IMG/VR virus record: IMGVR_UViG_3300035670_000025
Strand: one strand, 5' to 3'
Source: a virus
DNA: 64,000 nucleotides
The notes beneath the pieces were generated by a model that was not told the DNA's origin, did not search any database, and saw only the letters and a list, made by a program, of their open reading frames with translations. A program made the position numbers and the translations under genes. Below, piece by piece: positions 1-10,241 of this stretch. The first letter of the stretch is position 1; each line of letters starts with the position of its first letter.

Positions 1-27
1 TGCACAAGATAGAGGCATTAATTAGAA

Positions 28-951
28 ATGGATAGATATTTTCAAAAACTGCCAAATCTATATTACAATAATTATCTCGTCAAGGATATCTCTAGACGAG
101 CAAAACTTATTGAAGAACCTCGTAAGTCTCCTTACTTATTTTATCCATACGAAATTAAACACCAACTTCGTTCTGATCATATCGCAGAATACTATTATAA
201 TGATTCAGAACTTGATTGGTTAATCTATATGTCAAACGAAATCATCGATCCATATTATCAATGGTATCTAAATGATGCTCAGTTTGAATCTTTAATCATT
301 GAAAAATATGGTTCAATAGAACACGCACAAAAGAAAATTATTTTCTATAGAAATAATTGGGATTCTGATGATAGAGAACTGTCCGTATCATTTTATAATA
401 ATACACTTCAACAATCATGGAAGAAATACTATTCTCCAATATGGGGACCAGGAAACAAAATTGTTTCTTATAAAAGAAAACAATTTGATGCAACAACAAA
501 TTTAAACAGAATAGTAGAATACAACATCTCGGCAAATAATACATCAAACGGATTTATTGCTGGAGAACTTGTTGATATTAAGATTCCAGGACAAGATGCA
601 ACCGTTGGAACAGGTGAAGTAATTATAGCAAACTCAACAATATTAAGAATAAAGAATGTTGATGGAAATACATCAGCAAACTCCACATTTAATAAAACTA
701 TTGTTGGTGAAACAACTTTTGCAAATGTAACAGTATCTAATGCAGATATAACATTTCAAAACTTTACTGTTGATGAAGGGGTATTTTGGTCTGCTGTTTC
801 TTATTATGATTATGAAACAGAAATAAATGAACAGAAAAAGAACATTAAATTAGTTGGTTCTGGACAACACATTTTATTAGTTGACCAATTCCAACAAGCA
901 ATGAATGAAGATGTAGATTCAACAACAAATCTGAGCACGAATATAACATAA
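28..951 (+). CDS. gp53: Baseplate wedge subunit, T4 gp53-like
   Basis: YF..LP N-terminus, RSDHIAEYYYNDSELDWLI..SNEIIDPY..W motif, C-terminal YDYE.E.NE.K..I; first gene of the baseplate block. Confidence 0.85.
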   Translation: MDRYFQKLPNLYYNNYLVKDISRRAKLIEEPRKSPYLFYPYEIKHQLRSDHIAEYYYNDSELDWLIYMSNEIIDPYYQWYLNDAQFESLIIEKYGSIEHAQKKIIFYRNNWDSDDRELSVSFYNNTLQQSWKKYYSPIWGPGNKIVSYKRKQFDATTNLNRIVEYNISANNTSNGFIAGELVDIKIPGQDATVGTGEVIIANSTILRIKNVDGNTSANSTFNKTIVGETTFANVTVSNADITFQNFTVDEGVFWSAVSYYDYETEINEQKKNIKLVGSGQHILLVDQFQQAMNEDVDSTTNLSTNIT

Positions 952-2276
952 TGGCAGTTATACAACCGACAAAAGCAGTTTTAAGAACATGTACAATTAA
1001 TTCTGTACAATATTATGAACTTGTTAATGGAGATGTTAAAAATAATTTCCATGTAAAAGAATTGCGTATTTATGAAGACATATGCAAGGCATATTTCACA
1101 GGACAATTAGTAATTGAAACCATGTTAAACACATGGGAATTATTCGTTCAACCAACATTTCCTGTTACTATCACCTTTGAAGCACCTAGGTCAGATGGTG
1201 GACAAACTAAAACTTATACAGAACAATTTCGTATCTATTCATATGATTCAAAACCTTTAGGTGGAGGTGGTGATGCAAGAATGCAACATACTATACAATT
1301 GATAGGACAAGAATACTACAATGATAAGCATAATACTGTATTAGAGAATTTTGCAAACATACCCGGAACTGCTGCTGCTGCTGCGATACATAACGCATAT
1401 ATGGCAGTAAACGGTGGATTGAGAATATTGATGCCCTCAACTGGACTTATTGGCAGTGAAAAAAAACCTCATGAAGTAAAGAATAAGAAACCTATTAAAG
1501 CAATACATGATATTCTTGATAGATGTGTCTATGGTGCTTATAAAACTTGTGCTCCTGTATATTTCAGAAATAAACCTGGATATGTGATGGCACCGTTGCA
1601 AATGATATTAGAGACAGGTTCTGTATTAGAGTCATTTAAGCATATTCCTGCACAAGGAGCATCTTTACAAGAAACAATGTTTGGATATAACAATATCATA
1701 CATTTTAGACCTGTTGCTCCTGCTGGAGAATCTTCTGGCGCTGCATCTGCGGGAACAATTGCAGGATTGATAAATGCAACCTCATTTTTTGATGTACAAA
1801 CTGGTAATTATATCAATAGTTTTAATGTTGCCGCAAAAGTATTGAATCTTTCTTTTATGAATAAAATAAAAGGGTTAAAAGGTAAAGCACAACAAATGTT
1901 ACAACAAGCATCTCGTGGCAGATATGGTGCTAGAATGATGTTTAGTATGCTTGATGAATTAATGCAACAAAGACAAATAGATAAAAACGGTCCAGGTGGA
2001 TATAATACTTCAGAAGAAGCATTTTTGACGACATTAAATTATGCTCCCAAATATTGGATATCTGTTCCATTACAAACAGGAGTAAATGTTACTTGTGGTA
2101 GTAGAATAACAGTAACTGCTCCCATTGGAGTATCAGATAGACCACAAATAATGAACAAAGTTTTATTTGTACCAAGATTAATACATGAAATTAGATTTAC
2201 TGAAAATGGTCAAGGGAATAAACGAGAACCACTAAATATAAATGGTACAACCGACATATATTGTGTTCAATGGTAG
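951..2276 (+). CDS. Putative baseplate hub/tail protein (gp27-like position)
   Basis: Lies between gp53 and gp5; 'LRIYEDI...FTGQL' N-terminal pattern seen in hub proteins of environmental T4-likes. Confidence 0.5.
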   Translation: MAVIQPTKAVLRTCTINSVQYYELVNGDVKNNFHVKELRIYEDICKAYFTGQLVIETMLNTWELFVQPTFPVTITFEAPRSDGGQTKTYTEQFRIYSYDSKPLGGGGDARMQHTIQLIGQEYYNDKHNTVLENFANIPGTAAAAAIHNAYMAVNGGLRILMPSTGLIGSEKKPHEVKNKKPIKAIHDILDRCVYGAYKTCAPVYFRNKPGYVMAPLQMILETGSVLESFKHIPAQGASLQETMFGYNNIIHFRPVAPAGESSGAASAGTIAGLINATSFFDVQTGNYINSFNVAAKVLNLSFMNKIKGLKGKAQQMLQQASRGRYGARMMFSMLDELMQQRQIDKNGPGGYNTSEEAFLTTLNYAPKYWISVPLQTGVNVTCGSRITVTAPIGVSDRPQIMNKVLFVPRLIHEIRFTENGQGNKREPLNINGTTDIYCVQW

Positions 2277-2282
2277 GTAAAG

Positions 2283-3272
2283 ATGGCATATAATCCTAGT
2301 GATAAACAAGGTCCGTTACAAAGTCAGACATTTCAATATGCTGTTGTGGTTGATGATAAAGACCCTGATGAATCAGGACGATTTAAATGTAGAATCCTTG
2401 GTGAGCAAGATGACCAAGGAAAAATACCAGACGAAAAATTGCCTTGGGTTGCTTGTTTAACAAATAATCAACCACAATTAAGACAAGTTGGAAAATTCCC
2501 TGCTGGCAATTATGCAATTGGTTCTAAAGTCTTATTATTTAATCTTGGACAACAAGGTTGGGTAATTATGGGATCAGTCACCAATCATGAAAAAGAAAAA
2601 AATAAAGCAGACAGACACGATGAGTCAACATCAACTTCTCTAAAGTTAGTTACCGCTGTTTTTGGTAACATATTCACAAAGATAATTGGAGGCAAAGGAT
2701 TATTTAATAATAAAACAGTTTCTGAAGGCATATCAGCAACAACACAGACTGCGTATTCGTTAATGAACGGAATATTACCATCTGTTCCATTTAATGGAGA
2801 TCCAATTAATGCCATAAAAACAATGGCAAAAACAGAAGCAAAATATGATTTAAGAGGAGCATCAAAAGTTTTATCTGGATTTTTGTCTTTTGGAAATGTT
2901 GCATTCAATAACATGGACATGACAAATCCTACAAAAGAAGTACAAAAAATATCTCAAGAATTAATACCAAATGCTGTTAATATGATTGAACAATTAAAAA
3001 CAACTGCTAAATCTGGTCAAAACATATTAGCAAATTTATCTGTTGGTGGATTTGGAAACATATTAGGTGCGATACAGGGAATAGCATCTTTAATAAAACA
3101 AGAATCAAACCGAGACAACAAAAAAGATAATGAAAATGCACTGGAAGAAGAATTAAGAAGACTGTATAAAGAATTAACTAAAAAAGAACCACTGAATGAA
3201 TTTGGTAAAGAAACCGCACAATATATAAAATGGAAACAAGCATATTTGAACGGAGAAATATTATATGAGTAA
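2283..3272 (+). CDS. gp5: Baseplate spike gp5, N-terminal OB-fold half
   Basis: VVVDDKDPDESGRFKCRILG...LPW motif of the gp5 OB domain; no lysozyme domain seen. Confidence 0.75.
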   Translation: MAYNPSDKQGPLQSQTFQYAVVVDDKDPDESGRFKCRILGEQDDQGKIPDEKLPWVACLTNNQPQLRQVGKFPAGNYAIGSKVLLFNLGQQGWVIMGSVTNHEKEKNKADRHDESTSTSLKLVTAVFGNIFTKIIGGKGLFNNKTVSEGISATTQTAYSLMNGILPSVPFNGDPINAIKTMAKTEAKYDLRGASKVLSGFLSFGNVAFNNMDMTNPTKEVQKISQELIPNAVNMIEQLKTTAKSGQNILANLSVGGFGNILGAIQGIASLIKQESNRDNKKDNENALEEELRRLYKELTKKEPLNEFGKETAQYIKWKQAYLNGEILYE

Positions 3273-3882
3273 TAGATATGAAGATCCAGGCAAACAAAGA
3301 GCAAACGAAACAACAACACCAGAATCAAAATACCCATATAATCATGTATATCAAACTGCTGGTGGAATCAGAGTAATTGTTGGAAATGAACCTGGAAAAG
3401 AAGCATTGAAGGTATTTCATCCATCGGGATCATATGTAGAATTTATGCCAAATGGCAAAGTAGTTTCTATGAATATAGGTGAAAACAAACAATATAATAA
3501 AGGTGGAGTAACAATTACTGTAGATGAAAATAATGATGTTCATATTAAAGGACATTCAAAATTACAAGTTGGTGGTGGAACACACATAGAAGTTGCTGGT
3601 GATGCAGGAATTGTTGTCGGAGGATCGGTTGCAATGTCAATGCCACAAGGAGATTTGGGAATACAAGCAAAAAATGTTTATATGGGAGCAACTGGCAATT
3701 TTAATTTAAATGTTGAAGGAACAATGAAAATTTCTTCTAAAGGAAGAGGAGTGCTCGAATCATCTGAAGTTTTAAGAGTAGGATCAGCAACCGAAGTTGA
3801 TGTTCAATCTCCAGCAACAAACTTAAATAAGTCTGGAGGTGCTTCAGGATATGCAGGACCAGAAAGTCCTGGAGAAGCATAA
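3265..3882 (+). CDS. gp5: Baseplate spike gp5, C-terminal beta-helix half
   Basis: SKYPYNHVYQT.GG...G.E...VFHPSGSYVE..P.G followed by V.G repeats; precedes the PAAR gene. Confidence 0.8.
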   Translation: MSNRYEDPGKQRANETTTPESKYPYNHVYQTAGGIRVIVGNEPGKEALKVFHPSGSYVEFMPNGKVVSMNIGENKQYNKGGVTITVDENNDVHIKGHSKLQVGGGTHIEVAGDAGIVVGGSVAMSMPQGDLGIQAKNVYMGATGNFNLNVEGTMKISSKGRGVLESSEVLRVGSATEVDVQSPATNLNKSGGASGYAGPESPGEA

Positions 3883-3884
3883 AA

Positions 3885-4181
3885 ATGCCAGGGGCACATA
3901 GAGATACGGATTTTAGACTTTGTGGGGCAAGAACAATAGTAACAGAACAAAATTCTGTTAGAGTAAACGGATTGTTATGGTCTGTTGAAGATGATATTTG
4001 TGATCATGGATTGAGTGGACCACTAAAACCAATCGTCGGAGATTCCGTCAAAATTCACGGAAAAAAAGTAATTGTGTTTGGAGACCAAGCAAAAACACAA
4101 GACAGTGAAGGGCATGATCCAGCAACAGGAACAATACCATTACAAAGAAGTCAAAATGTTTTTGCATACGGACAAGGATAA
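3885..4181 (+). CDS. PAAR-like spike tip protein (gp5.4-like)
   Basis: MPGAHR.TD..CGA, V.VNG, 'S.NVFA' end; 98 aa, downstream of gp5. Confidence 0.75.
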   Translation: MPGAHRDTDFRLCGARTIVTEQNSVRVNGLLWSVEDDICDHGLSGPLKPIVGDSVKIHGKKVIVFGDQAKTQDSEGHDPATGTIPLQRSQNVFAYGQG

Positions 4182-4187
4182 CAAAAA

Positions 4188-4610
4188 TTGTCAAGAGCAG
4201 ATAAATATTCTTTAGAACAAAAGAAAACAGAAATATATACAGACTTTCTTAATTCTTTTGAACAAAATCCTTTAACTGGTGCTCTTGCCAGAGTCACTAA
4301 CGAAGAATCTGTTAAACAGGCACTTAAAAATATTGTCTTAACAAATATTGGTGAAAGATTTTATGATTCAAACAAAGGTTCAAAAATTAAACAATCTTTG
4401 TTTGAATTGTATGATCCATCAACAATTGAAATAATTAGAATACAACTAGGTGAAGCAATTGCAGCATATGAACCAAGAGCAATTATACAAGATATTAGAT
4501 TACAAGAAGATTTGGACAATAATGGATATTATATAACACTTGTTTTTTCAATTATAAATATACCAGATCAGACCTTCTCATTAGACCTATCAATTCAAAG
4601 AGTTAGATGA
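4188..4610 (+). CDS. gp25: Baseplate wedge subunit gp25 (TTG start)
   Basis: VKQALKNIVLTNIGERF...GS.I...LFE, YEPRA motifs. Confidence 0.9.
   Translation: MSRADKYSLEQKKTEIYTDFLNSFEQNPLTGALARVTNEESVKQALKNIVLTNIGERFYDSNKGSKIKQSLFELYDPSTIEIIRIQLGEAIAAYEPRAIIQDIRLQEDLDNNGYYITLVFSIINIPDQTFSLDLSIQRVR
4553..4560 (+). promoter_or_regulatory. T4-type late promoter inside gp25, upstream of gp6
   Basis: TATAAATA about 53 nt before the gp6 ATG. Confidence 0.55.
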
Positions 4611-4613
4611 TAA

Positions 4614-6428
4614 ATGGCAAATACAAGCATAAATCTAGTTGATCTGGATTTCGCATCTTTAAAAAATAGTTTCAAAACATACCTACAAGAACAAACAATT
4701 TTCAAAGATTATGACTTTGAAGGTTCAAACTTAAATGTTCTTCTGGATCTATTATCCTACAATACCTTCAAAAATGCATTTTATCTTAATATGGTGCTAT
4801 CAGAAGCATTCCTTGATTCAGCACAACTTAGAAATTCAGTTCTATCACACGCAAAAGAATTAAATTATCTACCAAATTCAGTTCGTTCTGCAAAAGCAAC
4901 TGTTCAAGTCACTTTTAATGTAGAAGAAGGAAATGATGGTCCATTCACAATCCAAAAAGGTTCTCCATTCACAACACTAGTAAAAAGTGATGCATATACC
5001 TTTACAATTCCAGAAACAATCACAGTTTCATCTGCAAATAATACTTACAGTTTTGAAACAGACATATATGAAGGAATTTATGTAAAAGATACTTATACAT
5101 TTTTAGAAGGAATTGAAAATCAAAGATTTAGAATAACCAATAGAAATGTTGATACTAATTCAATAACAGTTGTTGTATATGAAGATAATACCGAAATCGG
5201 AGACATTTATACTGTTACAAATACTTTATTAGGAGTGACAGAAACATCAAAAGTATTTTTCATACAACCTGTAGGAAATGGTTATTATGAAATCTTATTT
5301 GGTGAAAATTTATTTGGCAGACAACCAAAAATAAATTCAACAATTGTAATTGATTACAGAATATCTGCCGGATCACTTGCAAACGGTGCTAGATCATTTT
5401 CATTGGATTTTGATCCAACTGATCTTGGAGCAATGAGTTCATATACTATATCAACTGTAGAAAATGCTTCTGGAGGTGCAGATGAACAATCCATTGAATC
5501 TATCAGAAAATTAGCACCAAGATATTTTGCTGCACAACAAAGAGCAGTTGCATCAGATGACTACAAATCATTGGTTCTTAGTGCGTTTAGTGAAGTTGTT
5601 TCAGATGTTTCTGTTTATGGTGGAGAAACTGTTGAACCAAAACAATATGGTAAAGTTATTGTTTCAATTAAACCAGTTGGAAATGAAATAGCAACAGATA
5701 CTGTAAAAACAACTATTGCTTCATATCTTGAAAAATATGCATCTATCCCAACAAGAATTGTTGTTAAAGATCCAGAATATTTCTTTCTTGAAATAAAAAC
5801 AACGATTCAATATGATACAACTTTGACATCAAAAACTGCAACAGAATTAAGAAGCACAGTAAGAAGAGCAATTGACGATTATAGTAACGAGAATTTAGAA
5901 ATATTCAATAATGATTTTAGATATTCTAAGTTTGTAAAAGAAATCGACGATAGTGATGTTAGCATTGTAAGCAATGATACAAATGTTAGATTGATTAAAA
6001 AGTTATCACCAAGAATTAATTTTAGAGAAACTTTCGTTATTGGTTATAATAATGCTTTACATCCTGGTAGGGTAACACCAACACTAGAACAATCTTTAGG
6101 ATTGACAATTGTGGAAAGTTCTATTTTTACTTTCCAAGACGAATCTGGAAATAATTACACAGACAGTAAAATCATAGATGACGGTAGAGGTAGATTAATA
6201 GTATATGCATATATAAATGATATTTTTACTGTATTAAATTCAAATGTTGGAAGTGTAAATTATGAAACTGGTAGAGTATCAATAAGTAATTTAAGAGTTT
6301 CTGATTATTCTGGATTTGTTTCAATTTATGTAACATTAAGAGCAAAAGATGTGATTGTAAAACAATCAGATTTTCTTTCTGTTAATTTACAAGATGTAAC
6401 TATAAACGTAATTGAACGATTAGACTAA
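4614..6428 (+). CDS. gp6: Baseplate wedge subunit gp6
   Basis: LDFASLK..F..YL..Q..FKDYDFEGSNLNVLLDLLSYNT; AQQRAVASDDY; GGE.VEPKQYGKV. Confidence 0.93.
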   Translation: MANTSINLVDLDFASLKNSFKTYLQEQTIFKDYDFEGSNLNVLLDLLSYNTFKNAFYLNMVLSEAFLDSAQLRNSVLSHAKELNYLPNSVRSAKATVQVTFNVEEGNDGPFTIQKGSPFTTLVKSDAYTFTIPETITVSSANNTYSFETDIYEGIYVKDTYTFLEGIENQRFRITNRNVDTNSITVVVYEDNTEIGDIYTVTNTLLGVTETSKVFFIQPVGNGYYEILFGENLFGRQPKINSTIVIDYRISAGSLANGARSFSLDFDPTDLGAMSSYTISTVENASGGADEQSIESIRKLAPRYFAAQQRAVASDDYKSLVLSAFSEVVSDVSVYGGETVEPKQYGKVIVSIKPVGNEIATDTVKTTIASYLEKYASIPTRIVVKDPEYFFLEIKTTIQYDTTLTSKTATELRSTVRRAIDDYSNENLEIFNNDFRYSKFVKEIDDSDVSIVSNDTNVRLIKKLSPRINFRETFVIGYNNALHPGRVTPTLEQSLGLTIVESSIFTFQDESGNNYTDSKIIDDGRGRLIVYAYINDIFTVLNSNVGSVNYETGRVSISNLRVSDYSGFVSIYVTLRAKDVIVKQSDFLSVNLQDVTINVIERLD

Positions 6429-8986
6429 TGGAAAATATAGAACAAAAAATATCAAATCTAGTCGAACAACAATTTCCTGCTTTCTATCAAGAAGAAGGTC
6501 CAGCATTTATTTCATTCGTAAAAGCATATTATGCCTGGATGGAAGAAGAAGGAAATACAATCAACCAATCAAGAAATATTCTGAATTACAGAGATTTAGA
6601 TGAAACTCTTGAAGATTTTCTTTTATTCTTTCAAAAGAAATATTTGTATGGAATACCATTTAATACAATCATTAACAAAAGAAAATTGTTAAAACATGTA
6701 TTAGATGTATACAGAACAAAAGGTTCTATACAATGTTTTGAGTTATTATTCAAATTAATTTATAATCAAAAAATGGAACTCTATTTACCGAGTAGAGATA
6801 TATTAAAACCTTCTGATGGAACTTGGAAAGAAAGAAAATATATTGAAATATCAGAATCGGAATTAAGTCCATCATTTGTTGGTAAAACAATTCGTGGCAT
6901 TGCTTCTGGCACAACAGCAATCGTTGAAAGTTATGTAACAGAACCATTTTATGATAATATAATTCACATATTTTACCTATCAAACATTTCTCCAAAAGGA
7001 GGAGATTTTGCGGTTGGTGAAAAAATAGTCAGTCAACAATTATTAGATACCACCGACAACTTATCTGCAACCTTATTAAATTCTCCAGTAATAAGTGGAT
7101 CTTTGGATAATGTAGAAATTATTTCAGGAGGAAAAGGATTTAGTCTTGGTGATGTGTTAAAAATTGCGCACAGAGACGCAAATAATAATATAATTTCTCT
7201 TGGTAAAGAAGGTCAAGTTAAAGTAACATCATTGAGAAATGGTAGAGGGCAATTAGTATTTACACTCATTAATGGTGGGTGGGGATATATGCTTGATTCT
7301 GAAACATTTATATACAGGTTTGAAGGTGATACCACTGGATTTGGAGCATCTTTTGGAATTGATAGTTTAGCATATACAAAACAAATTGAATACTGTTGTG
7401 ATTTGATTTGTGGATTTTTGGGAGATGTAATCAACACTGTTAATACTAATGGATTTACTGCTCTTTTCAACAACGATCCTCCTATTCCTTTAGTTTTTGA
7501 TGAAACTCCTCTAGGAACAATATTAACATTCAAAGAAGGTCAAATAGGAGCAATTGCTTCTTTAGGAAATCTTAATTCTGGAAATAATTATACAGCAGTT
7601 CCTTATACTTTTATTAAAACAGTAATACAATCAAGTCCTTTAGATGGAAGTTTGAAATATAATAGTAACAGCACGATAGTGTATGGTGCTAATACCGAGT
7701 TTGATAGCTTCTTGGAAGCAAATGGAATTATTTACATACAAGCAGATTTTAATGATGGTAACACAATAGAATCTCATATAATTAGATCTATAGACAATCA
7801 AGTTAATATATTTGCCAATACTTTTGGAGTAGATGCGGCAAATGATGTATTATACATCACTGATGCTAATTCTATTTTCAATGTCAATGATTATGTTTTT
7901 TATGCTGTTCCATCAACGAATACTGTTATTGCTGGATTAACTGCCAATTCTTATTATTATATCTCATTTGCAAACAGCAGTTCTTTAGCATTATCATTAA
8001 CTGAAGGTGGAACAAATATTGATATAACAGAAACTAGAACATCTTTTCCTGGTGAAACGCACACATTAACCAATGAAGTTTCAAGAAAATTAACTCTTTA
8101 TGGAAAACCATCATTAAATTCTACTGCAACTGCTGTTTATCGTATAGGAGCAGACATATTAACATCAAATTATCCACCAAATTCCTCGGTGTTTGATTTG
8201 ATTTCAGAGTTTTCTTTGAATGCTATAGCAAATGTTTATGCTACTCCATATGACACAAGCAATAGCATTGTTGCAACAACAAAAGCAGTAGTTTCTGGTA
8301 GTGGTTATTACGAAGGAGAATTTGTCAAACTATATTTGTATGGTGGAGTAAATACTCCTTCGATATTAAACGGTGGAATTGATTATACCAATAACGATGT
8401 TGTTTTATTTTCTGGCGGTGATCCAAATGTGCCTGCAAAAGGATTTGTTACTACTGATTCAACTGGTAAAATAAATGCGGTTGGTATGACCTTTTTTGGT
8501 TCTGGATATACATCTGTCCCAACCATTTATGTTAAGTCTAACACTGGTTCTAATGCTATTTTAACAACAACTTTAACAGATTACAATTATGAGAATGAAG
8601 TAACTGGCAGAGTTAGAAAATCTGGTCTTGGCACTGAAAAAGGTAGGTGGACAACCACAAGAGGATTTTTAAATTCCGATAAATATATACAAGACAGTTA
8701 TTATTACCAAGATTTTTCATACGAGTTACAAACATCTGTTAAATTGAACAAGTATAAAAAGATATTATATGATACTTTTCATATTGCCGGAACAGAAATG
8801 TTTGGCAAGTATTTGTTAGTTAAAACAGAAAGTTCTCCGATAACAGTTGGTGATGGATTTGGACCGTTCTTAGCAACAATAACATATGCAAATACAATAA
8901 CTGTAGATTCAACGAATACTCTTTTCAATAGTGATAGCACATTAATTTCAATAGATCAAACATATGTTGCTAACACTACAATATAA
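6428..8986 (+). CDS. gp7: Baseplate wedge initiator, gp7-like
   Basis: QFPAFYQEE...F.KAYY, YRTKGS, IQDSYYYQDFSY...H.AG motifs; follows gp6. Confidence 0.75.
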   Translation: MENIEQKISNLVEQQFPAFYQEEGPAFISFVKAYYAWMEEEGNTINQSRNILNYRDLDETLEDFLLFFQKKYLYGIPFNTIINKRKLLKHVLDVYRTKGSIQCFELLFKLIYNQKMELYLPSRDILKPSDGTWKERKYIEISESELSPSFVGKTIRGIASGTTAIVESYVTEPFYDNIIHIFYLSNISPKGGDFAVGEKIVSQQLLDTTDNLSATLLNSPVISGSLDNVEIISGGKGFSLGDVLKIAHRDANNNIISLGKEGQVKVTSLRNGRGQLVFTLINGGWGYMLDSETFIYRFEGDTTGFGASFGIDSLAYTKQIEYCCDLICGFLGDVINTVNTNGFTALFNNDPPIPLVFDETPLGTILTFKEGQIGAIASLGNLNSGNNYTAVPYTFIKTVIQSSPLDGSLKYNSNSTIVYGANTEFDSFLEANGIIYIQADFNDGNTIESHIIRSIDNQVNIFANTFGVDAANDVLYITDANSIFNVNDYVFYAVPSTNTVIAGLTANSYYYISFANSSSLALSLTEGGTNIDITETRTSFPGETHTLTNEVSRKLTLYGKPSLNSTATAVYRIGADILTSNYPPNSSVFDLISEFSLNAIANVYATPYDTSNSIVATTKAVVSGSGYYEGEFVKLYLYGGVNTPSILNGGIDYTNNDVVLFSGGDPNVPAKGFVTTDSTGKINAVGMTFFGSGYTSVPTIYVKSNTGSNAILTTTLTDYNYENEVTGRVRKSGLGTEKGRWTTTRGFLNSDKYIQDSYYYQDFSYELQTSVKLNKYKKILYDTFHIAGTEMFGKYLLVKTESSPITVGDGFGPFLATITYANTITVDSTNTLFNSDSTLISIDQTYVANTTI

Positions 8987-8989
8987 ATA
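8982..8989 (+). promoter_or_regulatory. T4-type late promoter
   Basis: TATAAATA 28 nt upstream of the ORF at 9018. Confidence 0.75.
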
Positions 8990-9017
8990 ATGTGAACAAA
9001 GAAATTAAAGGAAGACG

Positions 9018-10232
9018 ATGGCAAAGAAAATAGTTCAAACAGGTTCATCACCAAACGACGGCACAGGAGACACTCTCCGAGATGCAATGACGAAGGTGAA
9101 TGATAATTTTACCGAAATTTATACCGGATTAGCATTTCTTGGATTATCAAATTCTGCCACAATAACAGCAAACTCTTTAGGATTTTCTAATACAGATAAT
9201 GTTTTATTTGTATCATTAGCAAATTCTAAATTTCCAGTGAACACAGAAGTAACATATACCGTTCCATCTGGCAACACACCAATTTCACCATTAACAGGCA
9301 ACACTGTTTATTATGTTTCATTTGCTAATTCTACAGCACTTGCTTTATCAGCAACTGAAGGTGGAGCAAATATTGATATTAATGATGCTAGAACAACCAG
9401 TTCAGGAGAATCACACTCGTTAACTAGTGATGTTGATTCAAACATTGTTTTTGCTACAGATTCAATTACACTAGAATCTGTAACTGTTAATACCACAAGC
9501 ATTTTCGTAGGAAATTCTACTGTAAATACTGTTGCTAATTCAACACACACAAAGATTTCAAACTCTACTACAAATTCTACATTAACCAGTACAGCATTGA
9601 GCATTGGAAATACTGTAGTAAATTCTACAGTAGTTTATTTGGCATCTAATCTTTATGTAAATTCCACGACAATATATGTTAGTAATGGCACATCAACAAA
9701 TGTGAATATTGTTGGGAATAGATTTGCTATAGGTAACAGTTCTGTAAACAACAACATAACATCAAATTCTATACACATTTCAAATACTAATGTAAACACA
9801 CAAATAACACTTAGACAAATTACATTAAATAACAATACTAGTGTTTCTGCTGTATACAGTGGAAATTCCATATCTATTGGAAACTCTACAGTAAATGTTT
9901 TTTCAAACTCTAGTTATTTGTTTGTACAAACTGCAAATGTTGCGACAAATACTGGATTAACTCTAGGCAGTTCTACATCAGCAGCAAACGGATATACATT
10001 TTTACCAAATGGACTTAAATTAAATTGGGGATGGGTTTCTGCAAATAGCAGTGACGGCAATGCTACATTTACTTCAGCATATACGACAAATTGTTGGTCT
10101 GTTACTGCAACTAGTAATACTAGTGTTGCTACATATCAAGCATCTGTACAAAGTGTAAATAATACTGTTGCTGTTATAAGAACTGCTAATGCAACATCTA
10201 CAAATGTATTTTGGATGTCTATAGGATCTTAA
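9018..10232 (+). CDS. Baseplate/short-fibre protein with gp9/gp10-type N-terminus and tail-fibre-tip-like C-terminus
   Basis: TGSSPNDGTGDTLRDAMTKVNDNFTEIY; C-terminal NGY..LPNGL..NWG. Confidence 0.7.
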   Translation: MAKKIVQTGSSPNDGTGDTLRDAMTKVNDNFTEIYTGLAFLGLSNSATITANSLGFSNTDNVLFVSLANSKFPVNTEVTYTVPSGNTPISPLTGNTVYYVSFANSTALALSATEGGANIDINDARTTSSGESHSLTSDVDSNIVFATDSITLESVTVNTTSIFVGNSTVNTVANSTHTKISNSTTNSTLTSTALSIGNTVVNSTVVYLASNLYVNSTTIYVSNGTSTNVNIVGNRFAIGNSSVNNNITSNSIHISNTNVNTQITLRQITLNNNTSVSAVYSGNSISIGNSTVNVFSNSSYLFVQTANVATNTGLTLGSSTSAANGYTFLPNGLKLNWGWVSANSSDGNATFTSAYTTNCWSVTATSNTSVATYQASVQSVNNTVAVIRTANATSTNVFWMSIGS

Positions 10233-10241
10233 AGGAAGATA

